In this document: positions 37,472 through 50,879 of the stretch, in pieces
Layout of the letters: each line of letters starts with the position of its first letter
Numbering within the stretch: position 1 is the stretch's first letter
Source: Eledone cirrhosa
Taxonomy: Eukaryota
Length of the DNA stretch: 64,000 nucleotides
Assembly: GCA_964016885.1 (NCBI GenBank)
Contig: OZ024745.1
Coordinates: 118,544,001 to 118,608,000 of the forward strand
Direction of reading: 5' to 3'
Made by a program: the position numbers and the translations under genes
The notes under the pieces: generated by a model
What the model saw: only the letters and a program-made list of their open reading frames with translations
Told to the model about the DNA's origin: nothing
Databases searched by the model: none

Positions 37472-38174
37472 TATATTTCTTGTATTCAATCAATAATGCG
37501 TGAGTTACTTTTGTTTACAAAGTCTAGTGGAGAGCTTTTTATTTTGAGGCTCTTTGTTCTCACATCCTGAAAATACCACCGAAAGCTCAGCCAAGCCAGT
37601 CTGAACTCCTCTTTTGAGAAACATTATGTGACAACACAAATATACTAACTACTATAGTTAAAATGCCTGTCAACAGACAAGGCTTTGGGTGGATACAGGG
37701 AAACAATACCTGTGGAAAACAGGAACTCCAGTTCCATCATGGAGATATACACAGGAATTGCATATGCATTATGCAACTTGTGGTGTAACTTCCAGGGGTC
37801 CCAGAAACCTATTGAATATTTTTATCGATTCCTATTGATTCGAGATGGTCTAGGTTCGTCTTCAACTTTCTTGTGTTTATCGTTGTTGTGGTATATGTAT
37901 GGCCACTGCCTCTCAGTCGATTTTCTTGGTGTCACACTGGACGATAATGTTTAACTTCTCGCTTCATTGAGTGCTTTGTGATTGCTTCAAACTCGATTCA
38001 TACCCAATATTATATATATAAATATATATATCATCATCATCATCATCATCGTTTAACATCTATCTTCCACACTAGCATAAGTTAGACATATATGTATATA
38101 TGTATATATATATATACATATATACATATATACATATACATACATATACACATTTATATATATAGATATATATA

Positions 38175-38573
38175 TCACCTTGACCGACCAGTCTGTCAGG
38201 CATCGATTCAGCACCACTGGTCAGAGCACTTCGTGCTGTTTTAGCCATACGATGACACCATCCCACTGGCTGGACGGGCAGGCCGCAAGTCTAAAGCCTG
38301 TCTTATGCCAGAAGGCTCATTTGGCTGGTTCTTATCCCGATTTCATGGCGTGAAGCAACTGAGAGTACAAGACACCCCCCTGGACAGGACGCCAGTCCAT
38401 CGCAGGGTTAAACCTCCAGCTATTGCTGGTATTCATTTTCAGCTGAGTAAACTGGAGCAATGTGAAATAAAGTGTCTTGCTCAAGGAAACAACACATCAC
38501 CCGGTCTGAGAATTGAACTCACAACCTTTCGATTACAAGCCCAATGCTCTAACCACTAAGCCATGCGCCTCCA
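38175..38573 (-). mobile_element. SINE with tRNA head, CORE, V-domain-like segment and a distinct tail
   Basis: Head essentially identical to the 20349 copy, then accctgcgatggactggcgtcctgtccagggggg (V-like) and a different 3' end leading into (TA)n. Confidence 0.75.
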
Positions 38574-39344
38574 TACATAATACAAACACTTACCCCACCC
38601 CCACCCACCCCACACACACACACAAATCAATCACAAAACTTAAACATCTGAAGACTCAAAAGTTATTCTTACTCATTATTTCTTTTATTTGCTGATGCTG
38701 CGTCCCCCCACCTCTTTCGTAAATGTTTTATGTTTTGTCTTCTGCCTTATCGTTGCCATAGTAACAACAACAGCAATAATGATAATAAGACAAAATAATA
38801 CAAAAAAAGCAAACTGTATATGTTTATTATTGATTTCTTTTTTAAAAATTAAGGACACAGAAAATAGAGTCATAGATAACATCCATGATAGATAACATCC
38901 AGCTTGGTCTCACTTGGAGATCCAGCTGGATCAGTTGGAAATGATTGATTCTGACAGGACCTGCTGGAAGGAGTCTTTGAGGACTCTTCCCCACCCACCC
39001 CCATGACCTTCACAGGAATAAGTGGGCAAAGAAGAAGTCCTAGATACCCCTAAACTGACTGAATAGACATAAGTTTGTTCAATCAGAGTAGATTTAAAGC
39101 TATGCAACAATACCAAAAACAAAAAGCTAATGAACAAGCCTTTACATGGTCAATGGACATGCAAGAAATAACAATGACATCTTATCCTCTTAAGAAAAGA
39201 AGGACATATTTGGACATTGTATTTCTTGATATACTAACTGAAAATAAGATGACATTGTTGGTTGTGGTGTGTTTATCTGCTTGATCAGAATTGAACAAAA
39301 ACAATAACAATCGCTCTACTACTAACACTGTCATAAGACGAAAT

Positions 39345-39685
39345 GTACAAAAATGAAATTATCTCATGATCCACGACAGGTGCAATGTGTCCGAACACAG
39401 AAGAGCCGAACTCCCATCGTCATCGCCTCCATCTCTCTAGCCCTCCCCATTCCTCTGTATGGTGAGCAAATGGGGTCCTACATGCTGGCCACCCCACAGC
39501 CCTGGTGTACAGAATGGAGAAGGTGTTTCCCCACAGGATGGTAAGGGAGATGCGCTGGAAGAGCCATACCATCTCGTGAGGCTCACACTTGCAGCTGGGC
39601 AGCTCAGCACCTATGATAGTGAGTAGGGAGGTAGCCCTGGGGCCAAGAACACCAAAAGTCTCCACTGCCAAGGGCACGCCATATT
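39345..39685 (-). mobile_element. CRE-like non-LTR element 3' fragment
   Basis: PLAVETFGVLGPRA...WLFQRISLTILWGNTFSIL matches the P.AVET.G.WG..QR.S..I.RGNA C-terminal pattern. Confidence 0.65.
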
Positions 39686-40517
39686 GTCATTACTGTCTCA
39701 CCACTGCCAACTACCACCACACCTACTACAGACCTGCCAACCTCTAAAAACCCAAATGGAGAGTACCATGAAAAAAAATGCCCCAAAACGGGGAGAAATG
39801 AGGCATAATCAAAGGTATACCCATTTTCAGTGGGTAGGAGATCTCCCCGTCGGACAGGGAGAGTTGATAGGCCTGCTACTAACACTTATATCATCATCAC
39901 TACCATCAATAGTAATGTGTTAACTAGGGAACCTCTATGTGGTCGCGTTATTTGCTAAAAATAGCAACCAAATTTCCCTCATTAAATCTTATACCACAAA
40001 ATAGACACATTAGATAATGTAGTTCTAGATATTCCATCTCTATCTTTATTGCTTCCATTAACTATCACTAAAACACATTGCAAGATGAATATTACCATTT
40101 TCCCATCATAAACACACAAACAAGAAACACCAGTGAACATGATAGAATTATTCTTCAAGAGCATACATTCGGATTCCTTGAACAGGTGTGGTGTAATTAG
40201 AATTACAAAAGTCTTTAATTTTATATATTTATATTTTCCATTAACAGCATCCTTACAACTATTCTTTATACCACAAAATCACCATCACCATCACCATCAT
40301 CTATATTACATAAAGATAATTTGTATTGTATATTTTATTTGGAACAGTCATCCAGCAGGATATTTTTAGACATTTTTAGACCCACATGGTTATAATATTA
40401 AGTACAAATCAAAAAGGTAACAATGGAGACATATATGAAAGTAAATAAAAACAAAATCAAAAAGAAAGAAGGAGAAAAAAGAAGTAAAGTAAAAATAATG
40501 AGAAAATGGTGTCTCAC

Positions 40518-40561
40518 CAATTTGTTGCTTCTGTGGTTAATGTAATAAAGTTCATCCAGCA
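40518..40561 (-). other. Candidate 44-bp exon
   Basis: Acceptor ttttctctttcag| and donor TTG|gtgaga. No homology recognised. Confidence 0.25.
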
Positions 40562-40605
40562 CTGAAAGAGAAAATATTAATATATAAATATTATTTAACA
40601 ACAAC

Positions 40606-40840
40606 CATAATAATGGTTTCTAATTTAGGCACAAGGCCAACAATTTTTTTTAGGAGGGGGGGGGGGGGGGGAGTTGATTAAATCGACCCAGTACGTTACT
40701 GGTACTTTATTTAATTGACCCCGTAAGGATGAACAGTAAAGCTAACCTTGGTAGAATTTGAACTCAGAACATAAAGGGATGTAACTATATGTTGCAAAGC
40801 ATGTTGTCCGATGCTCTACCGATTCTGCCAATCCACCACC
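40606..40840 (-). mobile_element. Nin-like SINE
   Basis: Core, boxes and (ATT)-rich tail. Confidence 0.75.
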
Positions 40841-40842
40841 AT

Positions 40843-41481
40843 TATGATGCATGAGCTTCTGCACTAAGAAGCTAAATACAGCCTTGAACGACACTTTAAG
40901 GCTCATCACTGGATGTCTCCGTTCTACGCCAACTGAAGCTACCTGAACCTCTCAGGCATTGCTCCTGCAACTGTTCGTAGAGAGCATCACAAATTTAGGT
41001 TGGTAACCAAGGTCTCAATAGACCCAAGCCATCTCTTCTATGACATGGTTGAGGATTCTCAGCTACTGGACCAACATCACTTCATGTCATGCTGCCCTTT
41101 TTCTCGTCACACAGCAAAGCTGCAAGACTCAGATTTCAACATGCTTCTAACGTAGAGAGCTGGCAACAGACATCTTGATCCACCCAACTGAACGACAACC
41201 CCAATATAGCCCTCCCCCAAGACACTAACCTCTCTCGGAGAAAGTGGGTGTCCCTGAATCAGCTACACACTGGTGTCAGATGATTCAATGCAGTTATGCA
41301 CCACTAGGGGCTGCATCCACCAGAAGCTTATCAGTGGTTCACCTGAGTAGACTGCTAGACATATACTGAGGGCCTTGATCTTCACCCACCTAAGAGTGTA
41401 CCCTAATCTCAGTACTGCGAGCTGGTTGCAGCACCTGTGTGGTGTTACGTGTTTGTTGTCTCATACACAAGAAAAAAAAAA
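40843..41481 (+). mobile_element. Vingi/Ingi-like LINE 3' fragment
   Basis: LNDTLRLITGCLRSTP..LSGIAPATVRRE and KWVSLNQLHTGV, ending in a poly(A) run. Confidence 0.7.
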
Positions 41482-42092
41482 CTGAAGGAAATTAAGACCC
41501 CCATCTCACTTTTGGTCTGCTGTACCTCTCTACCAAGATGTAATGGGTGTTTCAAGTCCTTGAGTTTGAGACTTCTGATGTAGAGGAACAGACTACAATA
41601 CTGAAAGAGACTTATTTAATCTGGTTCTCTACTGACAGTCATAGCATTAATTAATTTGATTCATGTCTTAACTACTTATTCTATTAGCATTTGCTTGCTT
41701 ATAATTAATTAGCCTCATACAATCAAGCACAGATAGTGATACACATATACAAGCACATATCAGACTGAAAGTAAACAAAGATATCTTATCACAGAACTAA
41801 CTTTAGCAGTATTTGGCACTGACCTTTGTTAGTAACACTCAACCATGGCTCCTTCGAAATATAAAAAAAATAAACAAACAAATATAAAAAACAGACAGAC
41901 AAACTCCCCTTTATCTATTTAGCAAATACCTATTTTTAAGTTCAGAAACTTGCTATTCGTTTTTTCCTACTTCTGATCTAAAAACCACTTGTAGATTAAT
42001 TTAAATTAAACCGTGGTAACTTTATTGTTGAACAGAAATGTACAATGATGAAAGTATTTTAAAAATAATGACTAAAATAATAAACAGCAAGT

Positions 42093-43145
42093 GTAGTAGG
42101 ATCCTGTAACCCTTAACGGAATGGTAGGGGTGCTGTAGTAGGATCCTGTAACCCTTGACGGAATGGTAGGGGTGCTGTAGTAGGATCCTGTAACCCTTAA
42201 CGGAATGGTAGGGGTGCTGTAGTAGGATCCTGTAACCCTTGGCGGAATGGTAGGGGTGCCGTAGTAGGATCCTGTAACCCTTGGCGGAATGGTAGGGGTG
42301 CCGTAGTAGGATCCTGTAACCCTTAACGGAATGGTAGGGGTGCCGTAGTAGGATCCTGTAACCCTTGACGGAATGGTAGGGGTGCTGTAGTAGGATCCTG
42401 TAACCCTTAACGGAATGGTAGGGGTGCCGTAGTAGGATCCTGTAACCCTTGGCGGAATGGTAGGGGTGCCGTAGTAGGATCCTGTAACCCTTAACGGAAT
42501 GGTAGGGGTGCTGTAGTAGGATCCTGTAACCCTTGACGGAATGGTAGGGGTGCCGTAGTAGGATCCTGTAACCCTTGGCGGAATGGTAGGGGTGCTGTAG
42601 TAGGATCCTGTAACCCTTGGCGGAATGGTAGGGGTGCTGTAGTAGGATCCTGTAACCCTTGACGGAATGGTAGGGGTGCTGTAGTAGGATCCTGTAACCC
42701 TTGGCGGAATGGTAGGGGTGCCGTAGTAGGATCCTGTAACCCTTGGCGGAATGGTAGGGGTGCTGTAGTAGGATCCTGTAACCCTTGACGGAATGGTAGG
42801 GGTGCTGTAGTAGGATCCTGTAACCCTTGGCGGAATGGTAGGGGTGCTGTAGTAGGATCCTGTAACCCTTGGCGGAATGGTAGGGGTGCTGTAGTAGGAT
42901 CCTGTAACCCTTGATGGAATGGTAGGGGTGCTGTAGTAGGATCCTGTAACCCTTGGCGGAATGGTAGGGGTGCCGTAGTAGGATCCTGTAACCCTTGGCG
43001 GAATGGTAGGGGTGCTGTAGTAGGATCCTGTAACCCTTGGCGGAATGGTAGGGGTGCCGTAGTAGGATCCTGTAACCCTTAACGGAATGGTAGGGGTGCT
43101 GTAGTAGGATCCTGTAACCCTTGGCGGAATGGTAGGGGTGCCGTA
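42093..43145. repeat. GC-rich minisatellite, 25 x 42 bp
   Basis: Unit gtagtaggatcctgtaaccctt(gg/ga/aa)cggaatggtaggggtgc(c/t), with no indels. Confidence 0.98.
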
Positions 43146-43374
43146 TTGACATACAGTGTTTCTAGGGCATTTTAAAACCTGCTGGAACCCATCTCCTCTC
43201 CAGCTGATTTCTTTCAGAGAAGGATAGAGAGTGAAAATGGAAGTGAGAGAGAGATTTAGAGGAAGAATCAACCCCAGTACTTGACTGGTACTTTTTTTAT
43301 CAACCTTAAAAGGATGAAAGACAAAGCTGACCTTGAAACAGGAAGAGAAAAAAAAGAGTAAAAAAAATTTAAAT

Positions 43375-43564
43375 AATTGTTTCTATTTTTGGCACAAGGC
43401 CAGTAATTATCCCAGTACATTACTGGTACTTTATTTTATTGATCCCGTAAGGATGAAAGGCAAAGTTAACCTTGGCGGGATTTGAACTCAGAACGTTAAG
43501 GGACGTAACTCTGCTGTAAAGCATGGCGTCCGATCCGCTACCGATACTGCCAATTCACCACCCT
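43375..43564 (-). mobile_element. Nin-like SINE with A-rich TSD-like flanks
   Basis: Full head, core and tail. Flanked by aaaaaaatt(t)aaataat. Confidence 0.8.
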
Positions 43565-43924
43565 TAAAATTAAAAAAAATTAAATAATGAAACCTATTTG
43601 AAATTTTTGAATAACACATATGGCTGTATAGTTAAGAGTGTAATCTATGCAAAGTAAGGGGTGACCCTGAATATGTGAAGATGGGATTTAATCCCTGCTA
43701 GGAAATTTTAAAGAAAATATTATTTTTAAGGTGGTGCCCCACAAAGCCATAATCTAATCATTGAAACTTATTTGAAGAAACATTATTTGGTTCCAATAAA
43801 TAACTATCTTCAGTCATCTTGTACAATAGAACTATTTCCACATTAGATTTCATGTTTCTCTAAATTTATTCCCTTCACTGGCTATTGACAATATGAAGTT
43901 TTTAAAAAGACAATTCCCAGGATC

Positions 43925-44250
43925 ATAATAATAATGAAATTATTCTGTACAGTGCTCAGGTGCACTACAACTCATCAAAGGTGCATGTATAGTACATAGA
44001 ATAATGTACAAATGTCAGGAAAATGAACAGTGTAGTCATGATATACATGTGTGGGTGTGTATGGAGGGGGGATATCAGGTGTAGTGTTGGCAAATTTCAG
44101 GAAGCATGGAGGTTTTAAAGGATGTAGTGTCTCGTCAGCTAATAACTGATGCAAGTAGTTTGTTCCATGCTTCAGCAACTCTAAGCGTGAAAAAATGTTT
44201 CTGAAAGTCATGGGAGCTATGCTGCTTTCTGACTTTGTAGGTATGCCCAC
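43925..44250 (-). mobile_element. CR1/L2-like LINE 3' end
   Basis: GHTYKVRKQHSSHDFQKHFFTLRVAEAWNKL, with an (ATT)n tail. Confidence 0.7.
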
Positions 44251-44448
44251 AAAGACACATGGAAATCAAAAAGGTGCTCAGGATTGTTGTTGGAAAGATG
44301 GTTAATAATTTTGTATAAAATTGTGTGAATTTTATAACGTTTTCCATGCTGATACTGGTTAAATATTTGTGTGATGCACCCAGTTGCTATATACCTTGAT
44401 ATTAATGTGTTATATTATCCATGAGACCCAATGTTCAATGTTCTAAAC

Positions 44449-44818
44449 CAGCGGTTACCAACTGGTGGTCCGCAGAAAAAATTGATAGTCTGCATAAAAT
44501 TTGGACATTATTTGCAATTTTATGTTTTATTAATAATAAAACAAAAATAATATTTGGTTAAAATATATTTTATAACACCCCTAAAAAATGTTTTTGCTCA
44601 GTAAAGAACTAACATCCATGAAAGAATTTTACACATATATATCATCTATCGACAATATGACACACGTACACTTCAGTATTGTTTAATAAAATGGAAGTTC
44701 TCTGATCATTATTTTACAAATATATTTATCTTTTTAAAAAAAATTCATATTAGTGGTCCATGGGATTTAAAATTATAAATTTAGAGGTCCATGAGGTACG
44801 AAAGGTAGGCGACAGCTG
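44449..44818. mobile_element. hAT MITE
   Basis: Perfect 8-bp TSD ttctaaac (44441-44448 and 44819-44826), with CAG..CTG imperfect TIRs. Confidence 0.85.
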
Positions 44819-45517
44819 TTCTAAACGGTTTAGCTGAATTCTTCTTGAATCTACTTCTGATGCAGTTATATACAAATGCCAGTGCACTGCACACATCTTT
44901 CCCTCTACATAAATCCACCATCTGATCTGATCACATTGTATACTCATAAATAATAAATAACCCTTTCTTTATTGACTATAAATGTCCATACACAATACAA
45001 AATATGTTACAAAGGGGATTACAAAACAAAGATGTACATATAAGATTGGAGGAGAGTAAAGATTGGGTCTTTTAAAAAATCAAGGGAGACAACCTAGAAC
45101 ATTATCGATTTTATATACTACACACACACACTGCCACCCCTATTATTTGGGACTCGAGAATAATACTGTATAAGATCAAGGTACCCCATGACTTAACATC
45201 ATCTGCTCTGATCACTACCACACACTGGGTTCTCCAAAGTTGCTCTAAAACAATTTCAGCCTTAGCTGAGGAGTGAAAGGATCCATATCCTCTGGACATA
45301 ATTTTTCATGAAGTCTTTATCAAACATCTTTCAGTGTTTATTCAAATTCCAACACCTCTGTTCAGGTCATCATTAAGCAAGTTAAGCTATGTCTGTACTT
45401 TCAAAGTAGAGCATAATTCAGAGTCTTCTTATGTTACCTGGGCTCACATTTTTTGCCCTCTCTTTCTTTTCTTAGTAGTTCTACCATTATTGTAGCTAAT
45501 ACCTCTTCCATCTATTA

Positions 45518-46460
45518 CACTGGCCAACACGGAAGTTCAAGCCCTGAATTGTGAACCATGATGACCTAACATCCAATTTACGTGTACTGTCATGACAGCT
45601 GTATAAAAAAGTGCAGGGCGATCAAAATAGACGGTAGCTACGGAGTAGGCAGATCCAGAAAAACATGGGACGACTTGATAAATTCCGACCTCACACACAC
45701 CTCTCCAAGACAATGTCACTGGACCGAGATCTTTGGCGCTACGTAGTAATACAGAAGACCCGCCTTGCCTAAGTACAAAGCAAAACCTACAGTCAGTAGG
45801 CACATCTTAACCAAAATACATCCCCATCCCACTAACCCTACCCCACCGCCATCTACACCACCCCTTTCGATGTAAAGCTATGTTGGTACCACAACATCCA
45901 GTCCTAAATAAATGAGGTTGTGTAGGTGTCACAACAAAAAACACACAGTCCACGCTGTAATGTGGCCGTGTAGGTAACATGGTAAAAACCTCGCAGTCCA
46001 CACTGTAAACGTGGTTGGTGTTAGGAAGGGCATCCAGCTGTAGAAAACCCGCCAGACAGTCCTGAGCAAGACAACCAATCTTGCCTCAAGTGGGACAATT
46101 CCCGTCCAGACCCATGCTAGCGTGGAAAATGGACGTTAAACGATGATGATGATGACGATGTAGTACTGTACTTTATCAATCTCTACTATTCAATGTACAC
46201 TAATCAATTTTTGTAACATTTAATTAATTAATTGTGTTAGGGAACAATTTTTTTCTCTTAAAAACCTATTTCGGATGAGAAATACTAACAAAAATGTAAT
46301 CGATTTAGTCAGAAGATCAGATTTTTTTTTTAATCTACTTCACACAAAAACCTGATCGAGAGAAACGGATGTCATTTTCTGATTCAGCGGTGCAAAATTG
46401 TCCTAAATCAGCTGAAAAAACTTAGACGACTTACAAAAGAAATTTTTTTGTAACCCAGTG
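45518..46460. mobile_element. Chapaev3-like non-autonomous DNA element interrupted by an RTE fragment
   Basis: tta|cactggccaaca ... tgtaacccagtg|tta (CACTG ends, 3-bp TTA duplication). Subterminal gtcattttctgattcagc. Confidence 0.6.
45592..46160 (+). mobile_element. RTE LINE 3' fragment nested in the Chapaev3-like element
   Basis: Matches 26995-27555. Confidence 0.9.
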
Positions 46461-46689
46461 TTATCGATGTGACCATTTTAAAAATACAAATGATGATTTA
46501 ACAAATCATAAACACAGTTAATAGCAACTTTTTCTACCCCATTTAATATGGTGGACTCCAAATAATTTGACAGCTTTTTGTTAATTGAACTGGAATAACA
46601 AATTTTTCATGAGATAATCCAGGTAAAAATTACTTTTTCTAAGGACCTCTGTTTGGTGGTATTTACTTCAAAATTTAGTAATATTAAAA

Positions 46690-46902
46690 ATGTTTTCTGA
46701 TTTAGGCACAAGGTCAACAATTTGAGGGTGGAGGAAAGTCGATTAAATCAACCCCAGTGCATTACTGGTACTTTACTTTATCAACTCCGTAAGGATGAAA
46801 GGCAAAGCTAACCTCAGCAGAATTTGAACTAAGATCGTAAAGGGCCGTAACTCTATGCTGCAAAGCATTGCGTCCGACCTCTACCGATACTGCCAATCCA
46901 CC
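46690..46902 (-). mobile_element. Nin-like SINE
   Basis: Core and boxes as above. Confidence 0.78.
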
Positions 46903-47077
46903 AAATAATACTAACTTCTTATATAGGCACCAAGCCAGAATCATGTAGGAAAGGGTTCGTCATTTAAATACAAAACTGATTCTGGTAGGATTCAATATCA
47001 GAATGTAATGAGCAAGAAATTGTCTCCTGCACTCTTAAGAATTCTGTCAATTTACTGCTCTGTAATAATAACAACAA

Positions 47078-48410
47078 TGGTGGTGGTGGTGGTGGTGGTG
47101 GTGGTGGTTGTGATGATGGTGGTGGTGGCGGTTGTGGTGGTGGTGATGGTGGTGGTGGTGGTTGTGATGGTGGTGGTTGTGGTGGTGGTGACTGGGTTTT
47201 GGTGACGGTTGTGATGGTGGTAGTGGTAGTGGTGGTTGTGATGGTGGTGGTTGTAATGGTGGTGGTGGTGGTGGTGGTGGTGGTGGTGGTGGTGGTGGCG
47301 GTTGTGGTGGTGGTGGTTGTGGTGGCGGCAGTTGTGATGGTGTTGGTGGTGGTGACTGGGTGGTGGTGACGGTTGTGATGGTGGTAGTGGTAGTGGTGGT
47401 TGTGTTGGTGGTGGTTGAGATGGTGGTGGTGGTGGTTGTGGTGGTGGTGATGGTTGTGATGGTGGTGGTGGTGATAGTGGTGGTGGCAATGGTTGTGATG
47501 GTGGTGGCGGCGGTTGTGATGGTGGTGGTGACGGTTGTGATGGTGGTAGTGGTGGTGGCGGTGGTTGTGATGGTGGTGACTGGGTGGTGGTGACGGTTGT
47601 GATGGTGGTGGTGGTAGTGGTGGTTGTGATGGTGGTGGTTGTGATGGTGGTGGTGGTGGTGGTGGTGGTGGTGGTGGTGGTGGTGGTTGTGGTGGCGGCA
47701 ATCGTGATGGTGGTGGTGGTGACTGGGTTTTGGTGACTGGGTTGTGATGGTGGTAGTGGTGGTGGCGGTGGTTGTGATGGTGGTGGTGGTGGTGACTGGG
47801 TGGTGGTGACGGTTGTGATGGTGGTGGTGGTGGTGACGGTTGTGGGTGGTGGTGGTGACGGTTGTGGGTGATGTGGTGGTTGTGGTTGTGATGGTGGTAG
47901 TGGTGGTGGCGGTGGTTGTGATGGTGGTGGTGGTGGTGACTGGGTGGTGGTGACGGTTGTGATGGTGGTGGTGGTGGTGACGGTTGTGGGTGGTGGTGGT
48001 GACGGTTGTGGGTGATGTGGTGGTTGTGGTTGTGATGGTGGTAGTGGTGGTTTGGTGGTGGTTGTGGCTGGTGGTGGTGGTGATGTGGTGGTGACGGTTG
48101 TGGTAGTGGTGATGGTGGTGATGTGGTGGTGGTTGTGATGGTGGTAGTGGCTGGTAGCAGTGGTGATGGTGATGGTGGTGGTGATGGTGGTGGTAGTGGT
48201 AGTGGTAGTGGTGGTGGTGGTGGTGGTGATGGTGGTAGTGGTGGTGATGGTGGTGGTGGTGGTGGTGGTGGTGGTGGTAGTGGCTGGTGTTGGTGGTGCT
48301 GGTGTTGATTGTGATGGTGGTGATGATTGAGGTTGTGGTGGGGAGGATCGAGTGATGGACGTGTTGATTGAGGTGATGGGGAAGGTCAGGTGATGGAGGT
48401 GGTGGTGTCA
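47078..48410. repeat. (GGT/GAT)n low-complexity tract with internal block duplications
   Basis: About 1.3 kb of GGT-rich triplets with recurring gtgactggg and gacggttgtg blocks. Confidence 0.95.
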
Positions 48411-49138
48411 ATGTTAAAAATATCATTTGTTTATGTCTAGGTATACTAGAAGTATATTTCAACCAGAGAGATAGAGCCACAGGCAAAGAACAATGCTGAG
48501 AGAGAGAGAGAGAGGAGTGAGAGAATGAAGGAGAGAGAGAGAGAGGAGTGAGAGAGTGAATGAGAGAGAGAGAGAATGGGAGAAGTGGGGGGGGGGGGAG
48601 TAAAGGGGAGAGAGAAAGAGAGAAGAAGAATGTTTTCAATGCTGAATGAGGTCTGTTGCAATAAACTTGTATAAAACATAGAATGAAGCAAAACCAAAAA
48701 AAAGAATTGTCTGAGAAATTACAGCAACTGAAAGACATCAAACGAATGTCAACAACTGCAGATATGCACCATTAGCATAAAATGTAATATGGAAGATGAA
48801 CAGAAAAAGGCTGCACTGGTTGCGACTATAACAAATATATATAAACTGCAACATATAATTGTACTGCCACTGACTATAATTACTTTGTAAAGAGTAAAAA
48901 ATAAAACAATGAATATATATATAAAAATAAACAATCTCACTGATAATAAAGTATATCTTGGCAAAATTACTGAGGGATATAAAATGATGGGTTTTCACTT
49001 GATACAAGTATTGTATCTGTTATATGATAAGAAAATGTTAGCTTAGTCTCAGATAGAAAGTACAATGGAACACTGACAGTACAGCAAGACTATTAAATCT
49101 ATATATAAATTTCTGCAATTCTGTCACAACACATAAAG

Positions 49139-49338
49139 CAGGCATGTCAAAGATGCGGCCCTTTTCAAGCACACCTGCGGCTCACACAAAGGTTTTTACA
49201 GTCCAAGCATGTTTTATCTTCATAATATAAAATATTAAAAAAATTAGTTGTAATGTGCGCAATTAGTTATGTGTGGCCCTCAGACTTCACATATGTGCCC
49301 CATTTGGTCCTCAGGGGACCCTCAGTTTGACATGCCTG
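49139..49338. mobile_element. hAT MITE (200 bp)
   Basis: Perfect 13-bp TIR caggcatgtcaaa/tttgacatgcctg. Flanks acataaag/gagtaaag. Confidence 0.75.
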
Positions 49339-49759
49339 GAGTAAAGAGAGATGAGTCATTTGACTACCTCATACTATTCCTTTCTCTTTATGCCTGCTGC
49401 CTGCGTGAATGTATGTGTGAGTGTAAAAGGAAGGAAGGGGGTGGTGAAAAAACTATGCTGTGTGCGAGTGTATGAATATGTGTGTGTTTGTGTGAATGTA
49501 TGTCTGTATTTTTATAAGTGTGTCTGTTTGTGTGTTTATATTTATATACTCATACATATAAATGTATGCATATGCACATACACACATGCACACACATAGA
49601 CACATACACATCAGCTTGTTGAAAAAATTCTAGAATATAAAAATCTTCAAAATGGCGGCTTGCTGTATATGAACGTGTTTTCGTCTCAATTTTTTTTTTT
49701 TCCCGTTCCTTCTTCTCACTCTTTATCTTTCTATTTTATCTTTTTTGTTTCTAATTCTA

Positions 49760-49795
49760 TCTTCTGATGAAGGACCAGCATCTGAAACGTTAAGA
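49760..49795 (+). ncRNA. Minimal hammerhead-like motif in a Penelope-terminus-like repeat (about 49690-49885)
   Basis: tctt-CTGATGA-aggac-cagc-atct-GAAAC-GTT-aaga. Core and stem I intact, stem II weakened. Confidence 0.6.
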
Positions 49796-50879
49796 GGACC
49801 TTTTCCTGTTTTTTCAAGCATTAAACTAATATATTTCTTTAATGTACTGTGTCATTTGTTTCGTTATTTCTGATTACTGTTTCTCACCTTAAGGACAAAA
49901 ATTCCAACAGTATTGTAAATTGGTTGGTGATAGGAAGGGAATCCAACCATAGAAAAGTTGCCAAACAAAGGGTTGGGAGGATTCTTTAGTTATGTGAAAG
50001 ACATGTCAGCCTCACTAGTGCTGGTGAGCTTCATGATGAACACACCTAGTATATGCTGTAAATTGGTTGGTGATAGGAAGAGCATCCAGCTGTAGAAAGT
50101 TTGCTAAACAAATGGTTATGAGCACCCAGTACTCACTGTAAATGTGGTTGGCATTAGGAAGGACATCCAGCTTTAGAAACCAAGCCAAAATCAGTTCTGT
50201 ATGAGCAAGACATGGTTATCTGACCCAGACTTGCCTCGAATAGGACAACCTTTCTAACCCATGCTAGCATGGAAAATGGACGTTAAACGATGATGATGAT
50301 GATATATTTTCAATACATCAGTCGGTGTACACAAGAAAGATGACTGCATTGTTATGGCTGTTGTTGTAGAGCAGCCATTGCTTCTGACATATACCCCTAA
50401 CATAGTTCTCAGGAAGATTCAGTGTAGCAAAATACATTGACAAAACTTTCACTTTGAATTACAGGTGCATATTTTTGCTAGCTCAGTGGCTTGGAACAAT
50501 GTGAAATAGAATGTCTTGCTCAAGGACACTGTATACAGCCAGGAATTGAATTCATGACTATTCACCCTAACCACTAAGCCACATATTTCACAATGTTATG
50601 GATACATGGCAGTGAAGGCATGTGGCTTAGTGTTTATAGAATTGAGCTCACAATCACAAAGTTGCAAGTTCAATTCCTGGACTGGGTGATGTGTTACATA
50701 ATACTTATATAAATACATCATTGATCTATCAGCCTGTCTTACACCTGTTAGAATGACAAGGGATATTACATTCTGTTCTTGTTCAGCACCAATGATGACT
50801 ACAAAGTTAAATTTAGTGAAATTAAATTAAATGGAGCTTTTACTAATTCAGCCAACTCAACACGATAACACTAACAACA

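Noticed and set aside
42093-43145. CRISPR-like or telomeric array
   Set aside because: Units are contiguous with no unique spacers, there are no cas genes, and each 42-bp unit has only one TAACCC.
46964-48741. 564-aa and 245-aa His/Thr/Pro-rich ORFs
   Set aside because: All three minus-strand frames are open over a (CAC)n-type tract, the long ORF drifts between His, Thr and Pro runs, and its N-terminus is CT-repeat translation.
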